Shown: positions 46,502 to 55,534 of the stretch, piece by piece
Layout: every line of letters starts with the position of its first letter
How positions within the stretch are numbered: position 1 is the stretch's first letter
Source: a virus
Lineage: Duplodnaviria > Caudoviricetes
Virus record (IMG/VR): IMGVR_UViG_3300028832_000112
Span: 41,681 to 105,680 of that record
Strand: one strand, 5' to 3'
DNA: 64,000 nucleotides
Program-made: the position numbers and the translations under genes
The notes under the pieces: generated by a model
Databases searched by the model: none
What the model saw: only the letters and a program-made list of their open reading frames with translations
What the model was told of the DNA's origin: nothing

Positions 46502-46526
46502 AAAAGGCGACCGAAAGGCCGCCTTT
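46502..46526. terminator. Terminator between convergent operons
   Basis: AAAAGGCGACC-GAAA-GGCCGCCTTT. Confidence 0.7.
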
Positions 46527-46547
46527 ATTGTATTCTGGTATTGAAAC

Positions 46548-47003
46548 TTACTTGCCGTAGCCTTCCGGCATCGGCTGTTCTTCGATGATGACCGTCATTG
46601 GCTTGTTCATAGCACGTACTCGCTCGATATTGCACTTCACGCCGTACGAGTAGCCGTTCCAGAAGGCGATTGCCTCGTCGCACTCGTTGCACATGGCCTT
46701 GTCCTTCACTTGGTAGAAGTCCTCGCCAGTCTTGCCTTGCGATTCAGCCCACATGGACTTTACGCTGGGGAACTCGCACTTGCGCGGCTTCTCGGTGGAA
46801 CAGTAGACCGTCACGTCGGAGAAGCCGTTCTTCTTGAGGTACATCTGAGCCAAGTGGTCGATACCGAAGCAGTCGCCCACTATCACTCGTACGTCCCTCT
46901 GCATGAGGGCGTCGAGGCACTTCTTCATTTCGTCGTTGAGCTTCTTGATGCGTGACGAACCGGAAATGAACACGGTCGTCTTGTGCGGTGCCAAGTTAAT
47001 CAT
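46548..47003 (-). CDS. SLOG-superfamily protein
   Basis: VFISGS, IVGDC.GID..AQ.YL, KDKAM, AFWNG.S.G. Confidence 0.75.
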   Translation of the reverse strand: MINLAPHKTTVFISGSSRIKKLNDEMKKCLDALMQRDVRVIVGDCFGIDHLAQMYLKKNGFSDVTVYCSTEKPRKCEFPSVKSMWAESQGKTGEDFYQVKDKAMCNECDEAIAFWNGYSYGVKCNIERVRAMNKPMTVIIEEQPMPEGYGK

Positions 47004-47367
47004 TGTTCGTATTCCATTCCTTCGAGTCGGCGAAGTACGGAGCCATCTGCTGTACTTCGTAGCACATCGGACGGTCGTTTTCCGACGCATTCTTTTTGCA
47101 CTGGTTGTAGTATTCCGGGTCGTAGCGTCGAGCATGCTTGCGGAATCTGAGATAGAAGATTTCCACGAGAAGCTGGTACGCATGCATGCCGTCCTTGCCC
47201 TGCTTTTTCTTGACGCCGATCTGGTAGTTCAAGCAGCGGCTGAGCTTCTTCGGATTTTCTTCTTGGAGATACTTGGAGCACTGCTCGTACTGTCCGCACA
47301 TGAGCAACTTGCCGATTTTGCCGAGCGGTTCCATGTCTGGTTTGAAAAGGAAAGAAAAGAGTCCCAT
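46996..47367 (-). CDS. Hypothetical protein
   Basis: RBS GAGG; behind promoter. Confidence 0.65.
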   Translation of the reverse strand: MGLFSFLFKPDMEPLGKIGKLLMCGQYEQCSKYLQEENPKKLSRCLNYQIGVKKKQGKDGMHAYQLLVEIFYLRFRKHARRYDPEYYNQCKKNASENDRPMCYEVQQMAPYFADSKEWNTNND

Positions 47368-47397
47368 TGTATACCTCGTTGTTAAGTGTTTGACAAC

Positions 47398-47440
47398 AAT
47401 ATAGCAAAAAGATGACAAGCGGTCAACGATTTGCTATATT
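47398..47440. promoter_or_regulatory. Interlocked divergent promoters
   Basis: Plus ATGACA(47412)-N17-TATATT (leaderless); minus TTGACC-N17-TATATT. Confidence 0.8.
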
Positions 47441-47447
47441 TGTCTGC

Positions 47448-47990
47448 ATGAGCGATTATCAATTAACCATGCTGATTATCGGCATTATCATATTTATAGG
47501 CGTTGCCGTCATCGTCGGAAAGATTCTGTTCGATCGTTACTGCGACCGCAAGGCTCGCGATTGGCACATTAAGAACTTGTGCTGGCCTTACCGAGTCGTC
47601 CAGCTGGGCGGCGGCAAGTATGGTCTGGAGCATTATTGCGTTCGGCATGTTCCTGGCCATACTGACCCAGACTATTCTCTGCTCGATGTCGAATGGACTC
47701 TGGTCAAGAAGTTTGATTTTCGCGCCGACGCCATGGTGGCGATGGATGAGGCCATGGCCGCAGTTATTGCCGAACGCGCCAGGGTCGCGTACAAGGAATG
47801 CAAGGACTTAATCAAGGCTGCGGAGAATGAAGTTGTCCGTGTTCTTGATTACAAGCCGACATACGCCTCGATCATCGAGGAGACCAAGACCATTGACTGT
47901 CCGTCGGTCGACGCCAGCATGATTGACCGAGTGTGCAGTCCGAAATTCATGTCAAGACCAGATATCATGACGAAGAAGGGGCTAGTATGA
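47448..47990 (+). CDS. Hypothetical membrane-anchored protein (leaderless)
   Basis: N-terminal TM; resembles 54226 protein. Confidence 0.7.
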   Translation: MSDYQLTMLIIGIIIFIGVAVIVGKILFDRYCDRKARDWHIKNLCWPYRVVQLGGGKYGLEHYCVRHVPGHTDPDYSLLDVEWTLVKKFDFRADAMVAMDEAMAAVIAERARVAYKECKDLIKAAENEVVRVLDYKPTYASIIEETKTIDCPSVDASMIDRVCSPKFMSRPDIMTKKGLV

Positions 47991-48436
47991 ACGAATACGA
48001 AGAACTGTTCAACAAGGTCAACGAGCTTGGCGCTCAAGGCAAGTTTGTATTCATCGTGGACGCCGTTCACGAAATTACCGACGATGTCTTGCGTCAGAAC
48101 GTAAAGGGCTGCCAGTTCCAGCTGTTCCACTTTACGACCATAGAAGAGACCTTCCAGTGGCTGACAAGGCTTATCGAACAGTGTACGGACGACGCGAAGT
48201 CGAAAATGGCTATCGTCCTTTACTATCTGGAACAGCTGGTCTCCATCCCGGTTCTGATCAACGCGCAGAAAGTCAACACCATCATGCGCATGATCATGAC
48301 TCCGAACGGAGCTATCAGCGAGCAGAAGCACGCCACCATGGCCAAGCGCATGCTTGAGAATGTTCTCTCCCAAGCCGAAGCCGCTGGCGTGACTGTCGAA
48401 CACATTTTTGATTATAAGGAGATTTCCAATGGCTGA
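47987..48436 (+). CDS. Hypothetical protein
   Basis: ATGA overlap. Confidence 0.7.
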   Translation: MNEYEELFNKVNELGAQGKFVFIVDAVHEITDDVLRQNVKGCQFQLFHFTTIEETFQWLTRLIEQCTDDAKSKMAIVLYYLEQLVSIPVLINAQKVNTIMRMIMTPNGAISEQKHATMAKRMLENVLSQAEAAGVTVEHIFDYKEISNG

Positions 48437-48713
48437 TGAATCCAAGCAGCTTTCCGCTGACAATCCTATCGTAAAGATTGACTGGAACGAATTCCGCGAA
48501 ACCGGATTGTTCCGCTTCGTCAATTCATTCCTTCACATCTTCGGCTACGTGATCGTAATTGAAGTCGGAGACGACGGTAAGGTCAACTCCGTCTATCCGG
48601 CCAAGACCATCTGGCGAGGTTTCCCCCAAGAGGCCATGACCAACTCGTACATAAAGGTCGCCGAGCTCATGCACCGCGACCACGAGGAAATCCTCAAGTT
48701 CGCCAAGGAATAG
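48429..48713 (+). CDS. Conserved phage hypothetical protein
   Basis: WNEFRETGL..FVNSFLHIFG...YPAKT.WRGF. Confidence 0.75.
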   Translation: MADESKQLSADNPIVKIDWNEFRETGLFRFVNSFLHIFGYVIVIEVGDDGKVNSVYPAKTIWRGFPQEAMTNSYIKVAELMHRDHEEILKFAKE

Positions 48714-49162
48714 TGATGACGCCGTTCTTCGACTACGAGCGCGACCCGGTGCTCCGTGCGCTGACCGAGCACATCTGCCGTATACGAGTGGCTTGCTACA
48801 ATGCGGCCACGCACGGCGGCATTGATACGGATATCGATGCGCATAGGCGGTACATAGATATGTTCAACGCGACGGCGGATCCGTATTACCGGATGATGAC
48901 GATGTACGTCGCGACGAGACCAGGCTCGACGTACATTATGTCGGACGAGGAATTGAAACAAGTTAATAATGCCGAACGGACGTTTGCTCGCATAGCCGAC
49001 GACTGCGGCAAGAGGATCGAAGATGAACTTTCTAGCAGAACTCAAGAGCCTACCGAATCCGGCGAAGTACCGTCAGGGAAGAGCCATTCGCTGTATCGAA
49101 GACTTAAAGAAGGCGTTGGACGATGGGTACTATCTTTACTGGATAGATACCGAAGGAAATGA
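48713..49162 (+). CDS. Hypothetical protein
   Basis: Operon context; long 3' overlap with next gene. Confidence 0.6.
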   Translation: MMTPFFDYERDPVLRALTEHICRIRVACYNAATHGGIDTDIDAHRRYIDMFNATADPYYRMMTMYVATRPGSTYIMSDEELKQVNNAERTFARIADDCGKRIEDELSSRTQEPTESGEVPSGKSHSLYRRLKEGVGRWVLSLLDRYRRK

Positions 49163-49310
49163 CTATCTCCGCCAGTTCGACTATGTCGGCACGTTTGGCC
49201 ACACCAAGGCCGATGATGCCAAGCTGCACGAGATCGAGGAACATATCGCTCTTGTCAGCAAGCTGCACGAGATGCACACCCAGATAGCGAACGTGAGGAT
49301 TGACAAATAG
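49023..49310 (+). CDS. Hypothetical protein, C-terminus clipped by IS insertion
   Basis: RBS GAGGA; frame resumes after the IS at 50760-50786 (QGSTIQDA*). Confidence 0.65.
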   Translation: MNFLAELKSLPNPAKYRQGRAIRCIEDLKKALDDGYYLYWIDTEGNDYLRQFDYVGTFGHTKADDAKLHEIEEHIALVSKLHEMHTQIANVRIDK

Positions 49311-50759
49311 GCGGTCGCAAGCTCACACCCTTTAGGGTGTGGGTAAGACCCGCAGTAACAAATGTAAGAAATAAATAACATTAGAAAGCCTCACAATTAT
49401 TGTATATTTGAGTTAAGATACTATAAACTTTAATTGAAGTCAAGAAATTTAACATGGAAGCGATAAGAAGCGAAGATACGAAGGCTAAGATACGGGCGAG
49501 CATGTCCGCAACGAAGGCCAGACGGCAGACACAAGTCTGCCGAGTATTCGAGCTTAAAGTTTCCATACGGCACAACCCGAAATCGGTGTTCGATAAGATG
49601 TCCCAATGCTTCAAGGAAGCGAAATGGGTAATTAACGACATGCTGTCGCTATCCAAGGATAATCCCGACAACAGTATGTTCGACTACAAGTACACCGACC
49701 ATAAGGATGTTGTTCATTATGACAAGGACAAGAATGCGGTCACGTCGTCAATCACCTTGCCTTCCGTCCTCCATCGAGCGACAGTTGCCCAGAAGAAGAC
49801 CGACATAGTGAACTTGGCCAAGGCAAAGTCACATGGCCGAAAGATTGGCGCATTGAAGTTCAAGCGACAAGTGGACTGCATACCCATTATCACTGGTTTC
49901 ACACAGATTATTGATGGTTGTCGTATAACTATTCCTGGGTTCAAGAAAATCCGTGTAAACGGGTTAAACCAGCTTCACCAGTTCGAAACATTTGAACTAG
50001 CCGATGCCAAGCTGGTTCGCAAGGCATCTGGCTATTATGTAAAGATTAGCATAATGCTTCCGAAATCATCAAGGAAACCTACCAACCGAGAGGTTGGTCT
50101 TGATTTCGGAATAAAGGATTCCATAACGACATCAAACGGCGACAAGTACAACTGCAAAGTGCAAGAATCGGAACACCTGAAGTACCTTTCAAAAATGTTG
50201 AACAGGCACAAGACAGAGAAGGGTTCCAAGCGGCGTTGGAGATGTAAGTGTCAACTGGCTAGGGAATATGAACATTTGGCAAATATACGAAAGGATATTG
50301 CCAACAAGATATACAACAGGCTAGTAACCGATTATGATGTTATCTACTTCCAAGATGAGCAGATTAAGAACTGGCAGAAAGGGTTGTTCGGCAAGTCCGT
50401 ACAGTCTTCCTGTCTAGGTTCGTTGAAACAACGACTTGTCGCTCTCGAAGCGAGTGGACGTAGTTTCAAAATCTCAAAGTGGGAACCTACCACCAAGCTA
50501 TGTCCGATGTGTGGTTGCATAAACCACCCGACACTTGCAGACCGAATCTACAAGTGCGATTGCGGATATACGATGGACAGGGACATCCATTCTGCTCGCG
50601 TAGTCTTGATGATTGGCTCGTCTAAAAGAGCCGAGTGCATGGAACATGCCTCCGCTGAGGTAGCCGCCTCTATGCCTCCCAGTTCTACTGGGTTAGCACA
50701 AGTGGCTCCGTCGAAGCGAAAACTCGAAGCTCACAGCCTTTAGGCTGTGGGTAGTTCAC
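49305..50759 (+). mobile_element. IS200/IS605-family (IS1341-like) non-autonomous element
   Basis: TTGAC target 5' of left end; subterminal hairpins CTCACACCC-TTTA-GGGTGTGGG and CTCACAGCC-TTTA-GGCTGTGGG; right end GTAGTTCAC. Confidence 0.88.
49454..50743 (+). CDS. tnpB: RNA-guided endonuclease TnpB
   Basis: GLDFG, YFQDE, DRDIHSA RuvC motifs; CPMC..CDC Zn ribbon. Confidence 0.9.
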   Translation: MEAIRSEDTKAKIRASMSATKARRQTQVCRVFELKVSIRHNPKSVFDKMSQCFKEAKWVINDMLSLSKDNPDNSMFDYKYTDHKDVVHYDKDKNAVTSSITLPSVLHRATVAQKKTDIVNLAKAKSHGRKIGALKFKRQVDCIPIITGFTQIIDGCRITIPGFKKIRVNGLNQLHQFETFELADAKLVRKASGYYVKISIMLPKSSRKPTNREVGLDFGIKDSITTSNGDKYNCKVQESEHLKYLSKMLNRHKTEKGSKRRWRCKCQLAREYEHLANIRKDIANKIYNRLVTDYDVIYFQDEQIKNWQKGLFGKSVQSSCLGSLKQRLVALEASGRSFKISKWEPTTKLCPMCGCINHPTLADRIYKCDCGYTMDRDIHSARVVLMIGSSKRAECMEHASAEVAASMPPSSTGLAQVAPSKRKLEAHSL

Positions 50760-50778
50760 CAAGGAAGCACGATACAAG

Positions 50779-51135
50779 ATGCTTGAGGACTCTTTCAAGG
50801 AGAGTCTTGAAGGTGACTGGCGAGGGAATCCGCCAGTCGAAGCCGATTTCCGAAAGTTGTTCGACGAAATGGCACCGAAGCTGTCCGAGATCGAGTTTAA
50901 TGACTGTTTCGTAGACATTTCGGTCGTTCGGCAGTGGTTGGACTTCAACTTGTGTTGCCCCGATGAGTTGACGATCACCGCATGCCGTGCTGTCGGTCAA
51001 GAGGACGACTCCGTGATGTACAGCGTGTCGCACCACAAGACAACGCTGATTATTCATCATAACCAGACGGTAGATAGCCTAGTGGAGGCTGCGAATAAGG
51101 CCATCAAGCTGGTTACTGAAGAAAAAGTTACATAA
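50779..51135 (+). CDS. Hypothetical protein
   Basis: RBS AAGGA at 50761. Confidence 0.65.
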   Translation: MLEDSFKESLEGDWRGNPPVEADFRKLFDEMAPKLSEIEFNDCFVDISVVRQWLDFNLCCPDELTITACRAVGQEDDSVMYSVSHHKTTLIIHHNQTVDSLVEAANKAIKLVTEEKVT

Positions 51136-51140
51136 ACCAC

Positions 51141-51169
51141 TTGACAAACTCGAAAATAAGAGTTATATT
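51141..51169 (+). promoter_or_regulatory. Early promoter
   Basis: TTGACA-N17-TATATT. Confidence 0.8.
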
Positions 51170-51189
51170 TTCTGTACAAACCAAACAAC

Positions 51190-53058
51190 ATGAAGGTACA
51201 GATGAAACCGAGAACCATTGACAACAGCAAACTCGTCAGAAAGCCAGTCGACATCACTGGCTGCCCAGAAGCACTCGACTACGTGACCGATCTGCAGCTC
51301 GCCGAGTTCGAGGAGACCTTGCTGGCTAAGCGCGTTGAGGAACTTCCTATCGCCATGCTCATGTCGTTCGTTGGCCACCAATGGTGGTCTCGCATGATTG
51401 CGACTCGCGCTTGCTTTTACGGATTCGTGGACTACTGCAAGGAAGTCACCGACAAGATGATTCTCGACAACCGAGTGTTCACTGGCTTCATGTGCGATGC
51501 TGGCGGCTGCTGGACTGACCCCACTGGTATCGTGGCTATCGACTGGGTGCGTGAAAAGGTCATTCTCGGCCCCAAGGAAACTTCCTTTGCCAAGATGACC
51601 GTCAGCGAGTTTGCCGACTTGCTGTCAAGCAAAGATGCGTCCATCTATTGGATTCCCGGTACTGGGGAACGTTATCCGACCTCACCGTCCGACTGGACTT
51701 CGTGGTACGGCAAGTACAACCTTGGTGGCATTTCCCGCGACCATTACTATCGTGTCAGCAGCCATACCTTGGGTGACGGCGCTTGCGATAACATTATGGA
51801 CAAGGCCAGACCGTGGTTCCTCCTGAAGGAAGAATGGGAAGAAATTCTCCGCAGACGAGCCAAGATCACCAGACCCAATACGCTTGCCGAAAAGAAGGCC
51901 GCAATGGCTTCTCAGAAGGGCATCTACATAATGAAGTGGATCGACACGAGAAACGAAGCCGAGCCGAGAGCCAACATCCGTCGTATCGACTCCGTGAAGG
52001 TCGTTCCGTTTACCGATGCCATCAAGAAAGACCGTAGTGCAGACACTTCCAGACTCATGGAAGATGTCTATGACGAAAAGCGTATGAGAAGACTCACCGA
52101 CTGGGTGAAGGACAAGCAAGTTGTCAAGGTGGATTGCAGTGAAGTGTCAGCCGACTTCGGTTATATCGAAGCCAGACATGCCGTCGAGTATTTCCGTCTG
52201 GGTACTTGGATTCCGTTCGACGATCCGGCGATCATGCGCCGAACATACTGTCCTACCGAAAAGATGCCGATGGAAAGAGTCACCGAGTACAGCACGGCAA
52301 CGACCGAGTGGTTCACTTGCAAGAAGGAACTCGTCGAACAGCTGTACCAGAAGTATCTGAGCATGGATCCGTCGAAAACGGTGTCGGATCGCTTTGCCGA
52401 AGTCGAGAAGATGCTGCGCAAGGCCGACAAGAAATCGAAGGTTGAGCTTCCAGAGCGCGTGTTCGATTGTGACCGTAAAGTTCCGTACATCTATAGCGAC
52501 CACGCTGGCAACTTGATTGTATACACAGCCAACTGGAACGATAAGCATGTCAAGTGCAGCCCTTATTCCAAGAAGGTCGCCGACCAGTTCTACAAGACGA
52601 TCAAGTCGATGTACGAAGGCAAGTGGGTATGGAACAGAGAACGTGTCGTCCGTATCGACCGAGTGGTAATGGAAGAAAAGTGCCACCGCACATCGGTATT
52701 CAAGAAGGAACTCGATGGTGACTACATGTGGCCGGAAATCACAATGTATGGCCGCGAGATTGATATATCCAACATGCGTCCGAGGGAAAACGAACACTAT
52801 TCGACTACCGTTGAAATGAGAGATAGCTATGACATGAAGAAGATCACCCTCGACAATGCGTTGAAGGAACAAGCAAAACGCATGACGGTGACCACTATCG
52901 ACGAGATTGTCGACCGTTGCAAGAAATCTGGCCAGAACGCATCCAGCATCATGCGCCACTGCTATGACGAGTTCGTCAAGGGTCTCCGCGACTTGATCGA
53001 CGGCAAGTCACCAAAATTCAATATTAAGTATCCTTCGGATACTCTCAAGGGAGAATAA
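51190..53058 (+). CDS. Large hypothetical protein
   Basis: 622-aa ORF behind a consensus promoter. Confidence 0.8.
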   Translation: MKVQMKPRTIDNSKLVRKPVDITGCPEALDYVTDLQLAEFEETLLAKRVEELPIAMLMSFVGHQWWSRMIATRACFYGFVDYCKEVTDKMILDNRVFTGFMCDAGGCWTDPTGIVAIDWVREKVILGPKETSFAKMTVSEFADLLSSKDASIYWIPGTGERYPTSPSDWTSWYGKYNLGGISRDHYYRVSSHTLGDGACDNIMDKARPWFLLKEEWEEILRRRAKITRPNTLAEKKAAMASQKGIYIMKWIDTRNEAEPRANIRRIDSVKVVPFTDAIKKDRSADTSRLMEDVYDEKRMRRLTDWVKDKQVVKVDCSEVSADFGYIEARHAVEYFRLGTWIPFDDPAIMRRTYCPTEKMPMERVTEYSTATTEWFTCKKELVEQLYQKYLSMDPSKTVSDRFAEVEKMLRKADKKSKVELPERVFDCDRKVPYIYSDHAGNLIVYTANWNDKHVKCSPYSKKVADQFYKTIKSMYEGKWVWNRERVVRIDRVVMEEKCHRTSVFKKELDGDYMWPEITMYGREIDISNMRPRENEHYSTTVEMRDSYDMKKITLDNALKEQAKRMTVTTIDEIVDRCKKSGQNASSIMRHCYDEFVKGLRDLIDGKSPKFNIKYPSDTLKGE

Positions 53059-53729
53059 TGATGGAACGGAAATATGATTACTCGGCTGTGAGAGCCGCAT
53101 ACGAGGCGGAAATCCCTCGGCTTAATGAATTGATCCAGCCGTATGGTCTGGAGGCGTCTACATGCGGTGTGTATTTTTACCCAGGCGATGACAAGGTCAA
53201 GATAACCATATATGACAAAATCGCATACAATGGTATACTTTATATGTGGCTTCCTCCAGAGCCGATGTCCGCAGAGAAGATTTTCGAGGACAGCGTTATT
53301 GTCGAGGCCATCCAGCAATACAAGGACAATGTGGCTTATATCGAGAAGTTCCAAGCGGAAACCGGAATCATTGTCAAGAATAAGCCGAGCGTGACCATGG
53401 ACACGCAAGATCGGTACGACAATCTGTGGTACGACGAACGTGCGATGGGGCTTATCAAGCTATGGATCACCATGGCAGACCTTGCCAAGTACCTCGACCA
53501 GCTGAAGGACAGACCGGAGTTCAAGACCTACAAGCACTACATCCTCGACATCATCCGCCGTGGGTATTCTGGCCGAACTGGCGCACCGTCTCCGACTACG
53601 GAAATCATGGTCGCTCCGTTCGACAAGTTCGTCGAACGCTGCTACAACAAGAAGCTGGAACAGAAGTACAATGACATGGCCGTAGACTTGATCCAAGAGG
53701 CGCTTGGATCAAAACACAAGGGGAAATAG
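53058..53729 (+). CDS. Hypothetical protein
   Basis: RBS GGGAG; TAATG coupling. Confidence 0.7.
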   Translation: MMERKYDYSAVRAAYEAEIPRLNELIQPYGLEASTCGVYFYPGDDKVKITIYDKIAYNGILYMWLPPEPMSAEKIFEDSVIVEAIQQYKDNVAYIEKFQAETGIIVKNKPSVTMDTQDRYDNLWYDERAMGLIKLWITMADLAKYLDQLKDRPEFKTYKHYILDIIRRGYSGRTGAPSPTTEIMVAPFDKFVERCYNKKLEQKYNDMAVDLIQEALGSKHKGK

Positions 53730-53730
53730 T

Positions 53731-54216
53731 ATGGACGTAGGATCACAGAACGCATATCCGTCTTGTTCGTTGAGCAACTTCGCGGCGCACGAGTTCGTCA
53801 TCGACGGCGTACGATGCGCTTCTATGGAAGGCTTCTTGCAGTCGCTGAAGTTCTCCAATCCGGACATGCAAGAATATGTATGCTCCCTTATCGGCATAGC
53901 CGCCAAACGCGCCGGAAAGGGCAAGAACTGGCAGAAGAAGCAGACGCTGTACTGGCGTGGTGAAAAGATCGGACGACGTTCCAAGGAATACCAAGACCTT
54001 CTCGACCGTGCCTATCTGGCGCTGTTCCAGAACCCCGGATTCCGCTGTGCGCTCCGTGCCGCCGGAAATGCCACTTTCACGCATAGCGTGGGCAAGCGCA
54101 AGGAAGGCGAGACCGTGCTTACTATTCAGGAATTCTGCCACCGTCTGAACTGGCTCCGTGACATGCTGCCGTCTACCGAGGCCGACAGCGTGGAAGCGGT
54201 CAAGAAGCTGTGGTAA
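53731..54216 (+). CDS. T4 gp30.3-like NADAR family protein
   Basis: LSNFAAHEFVIDGVRCASMEGFLQSLKF, QTLYWRG, TVLT..EF. Confidence 0.85.
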   Translation: MDVGSQNAYPSCSLSNFAAHEFVIDGVRCASMEGFLQSLKFSNPDMQEYVCSLIGIAAKRAGKGKNWQKKQTLYWRGEKIGRRSKEYQDLLDRAYLALFQNPGFRCALRAAGNATFTHSVGKRKEGETVLTIQEFCHRLNWLRDMLPSTEADSVEAVKKLW

Positions 54217-54225
54217 GGAGGCTGT

Positions 54226-54747
54226 ATGAATGGGTCAGAAATGATGATTGCCGTGTTGATTGTCGGTGCCTTGTTGTTCTTATTTTGCTGGTGGTCTACT
54301 AGGGAACCGGAAATAAAGCTAGATGCGGAGCTGGGCACTGTAGAAATCGTCGAAATCGACGGTCAGTATGCGGTTCGCCAGTACGGCTATTATGCCGGAT
54401 ACGGCAAGCCGATGCAGATAGACATTCACAAAGGCGCGGAGCCGTTCGGTAGTGGGTGGTTCTGCTGGAAGAATCGGTACGGCGTTAAGACTCCTATTAC
54501 ATTCGACAAGAAGCCAGAATGGAGCTATCTCGATGAAGATGGGCATTCGACTGGCATATTTGGCGTTGCGGATGCGCCAAGCAATTATTCTCTATGGACG
54601 TATGAGTTCGCCGAAAAGGTTGCTGCGAAAGCCAATGATCATGCTAGGCGTCAGCGCGATGAGATGGAAGCTGCACGTATCAGAAACCAAGAATTCGATG
54701 AATGGCGAGAGAAAGGCAAGACAGCAAAGGCCGTCAAGCGCCTCTAG
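54226..54747 (+). CDS. Hypothetical membrane-anchored protein
   Basis: RBS AAGGAGG; N-terminal TM. Confidence 0.7.
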   Translation: MNGSEMMIAVLIVGALLFLFCWWSTREPEIKLDAELGTVEIVEIDGQYAVRQYGYYAGYGKPMQIDIHKGAEPFGSGWFCWKNRYGVKTPITFDKKPEWSYLDEDGHSTGIFGVADAPSNYSLWTYEFAEKVAAKANDHARRQRDEMEAARIRNQEFDEWREKGKTAKAVKRL

Positions 54748-54941
54748 GGAACGTAGTAGTCGTCGTTATCGGTAATGAAGTCGAACAGCCATGACAGCAG
54801 TCCGATGGCAATTACCATTGCGAGGAAGAACAGTGCTACCAGTGCGCCTGGAGCCATCAACCCATAGGTGAAGGCTGCGCCGTCGGTGCCAGCGTTCTGC
54901 GCGGCAAGAAGCGTGAGAGTTGTGGATAAATCGTTGCTCAT
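54744..54941 (-). CDS. Small membrane protein
   Basis: One TM; CTGC-TATATT and ATAAACG upstream. Confidence 0.6.
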   Translation of the reverse strand: MSNDLSTTLTLLAAQNAGTDGAAFTYGLMAPGALVALFFLAMVIAIGLLSWLFDFITDNDDYYVP

Positions 54942-54981
54942 GCTAAAACTCGTTTATCCATAATATAGCAGCATTTATACT

Positions 54982-55011
54982 AAAAAGCAGTGACCGTAGT
55001 CACTGCTTGTT
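54982..55011 (-). terminator. Intrinsic terminator
   Basis: AAAAAGCAGTGAC-CGTA-GTCACTGCTT. Confidence 0.75.
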
Positions 55012-55016
55012 CTGTA

Positions 55017-55478
55017 TCACATGTCATACCGAAAATTGGTCGTATGCGCTAGTATAGAGTTGCCTTCCTCATGAGACTTATCCGCGATATACAAACACGT
55101 TTTTCGAATGATCGTGTTAAATATGCCGAGCAGTTGTTCCTTGACGGATTCATGGCTCATCAACTGTTCCAAGGCCGTCATCTGGAACACGTTGTATACG
55201 ACCTTTATTGCGACGTCCTTGCCAAGTACGTATTCGATCTTGTCGAATATGTGGCCGTCATTCAAGAATGCGAACTCCACGTATTCGGACTTGGGGTCGC
55301 CGTTGGCATCGATAGCATAGCCGTCCTCAATGAAGTCATTATAGTTGAAGTGCAGCGTATATCCGTGGCTGTTGGCGATGCCATGTCTTTCATTGTCGTG
55401 AATGACCGTGCTGATGGAATGGACGCAGCCGTTCCTGGTGACGATAAGTGCTTGATAGTGTGATTGTTGTAGTTCCAT
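55017..55478 (-). CDS. Hypothetical protein (leaderless)
   Basis: ATG 7 nt after -10. Confidence 0.7.
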   Translation of the reverse strand: MELQQSHYQALIVTRNGCVHSISTVIHDNERHGIANSHGYTLHFNYNDFIEDGYAIDANGDPKSEYVEFAFLNDGHIFDKIEYVLGKDVAIKVVYNVFQMTALEQLMSHESVKEQLLGIFNTIIRKTCLYIADKSHEEGNSILAHTTNFRYDM

Positions 55479-55485
55479 GTCCGAT

Positions 55486-55528
55486 AATATAGCAAATTGC
55501 TGACACGGTGTCTATATTTTGCTATATT
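55486..55528. promoter_or_regulatory. Interlocked divergent leaderless promoters
   Basis: Plus CTGACA(55500)-N17-TATATT; minus TAGACA-N17-TATATT. Confidence 0.8.
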
Positions 55529-55534
55529 TTTGGT

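Noticed and set aside
49454-50743. Cas12f or nuclease-dead TldR interpretation of the TnpBs
   Set aside because: No CRISPR array; IS ends are present; first and third catalytic aspartates are intact in both proteins (the QDE variant remains untested)
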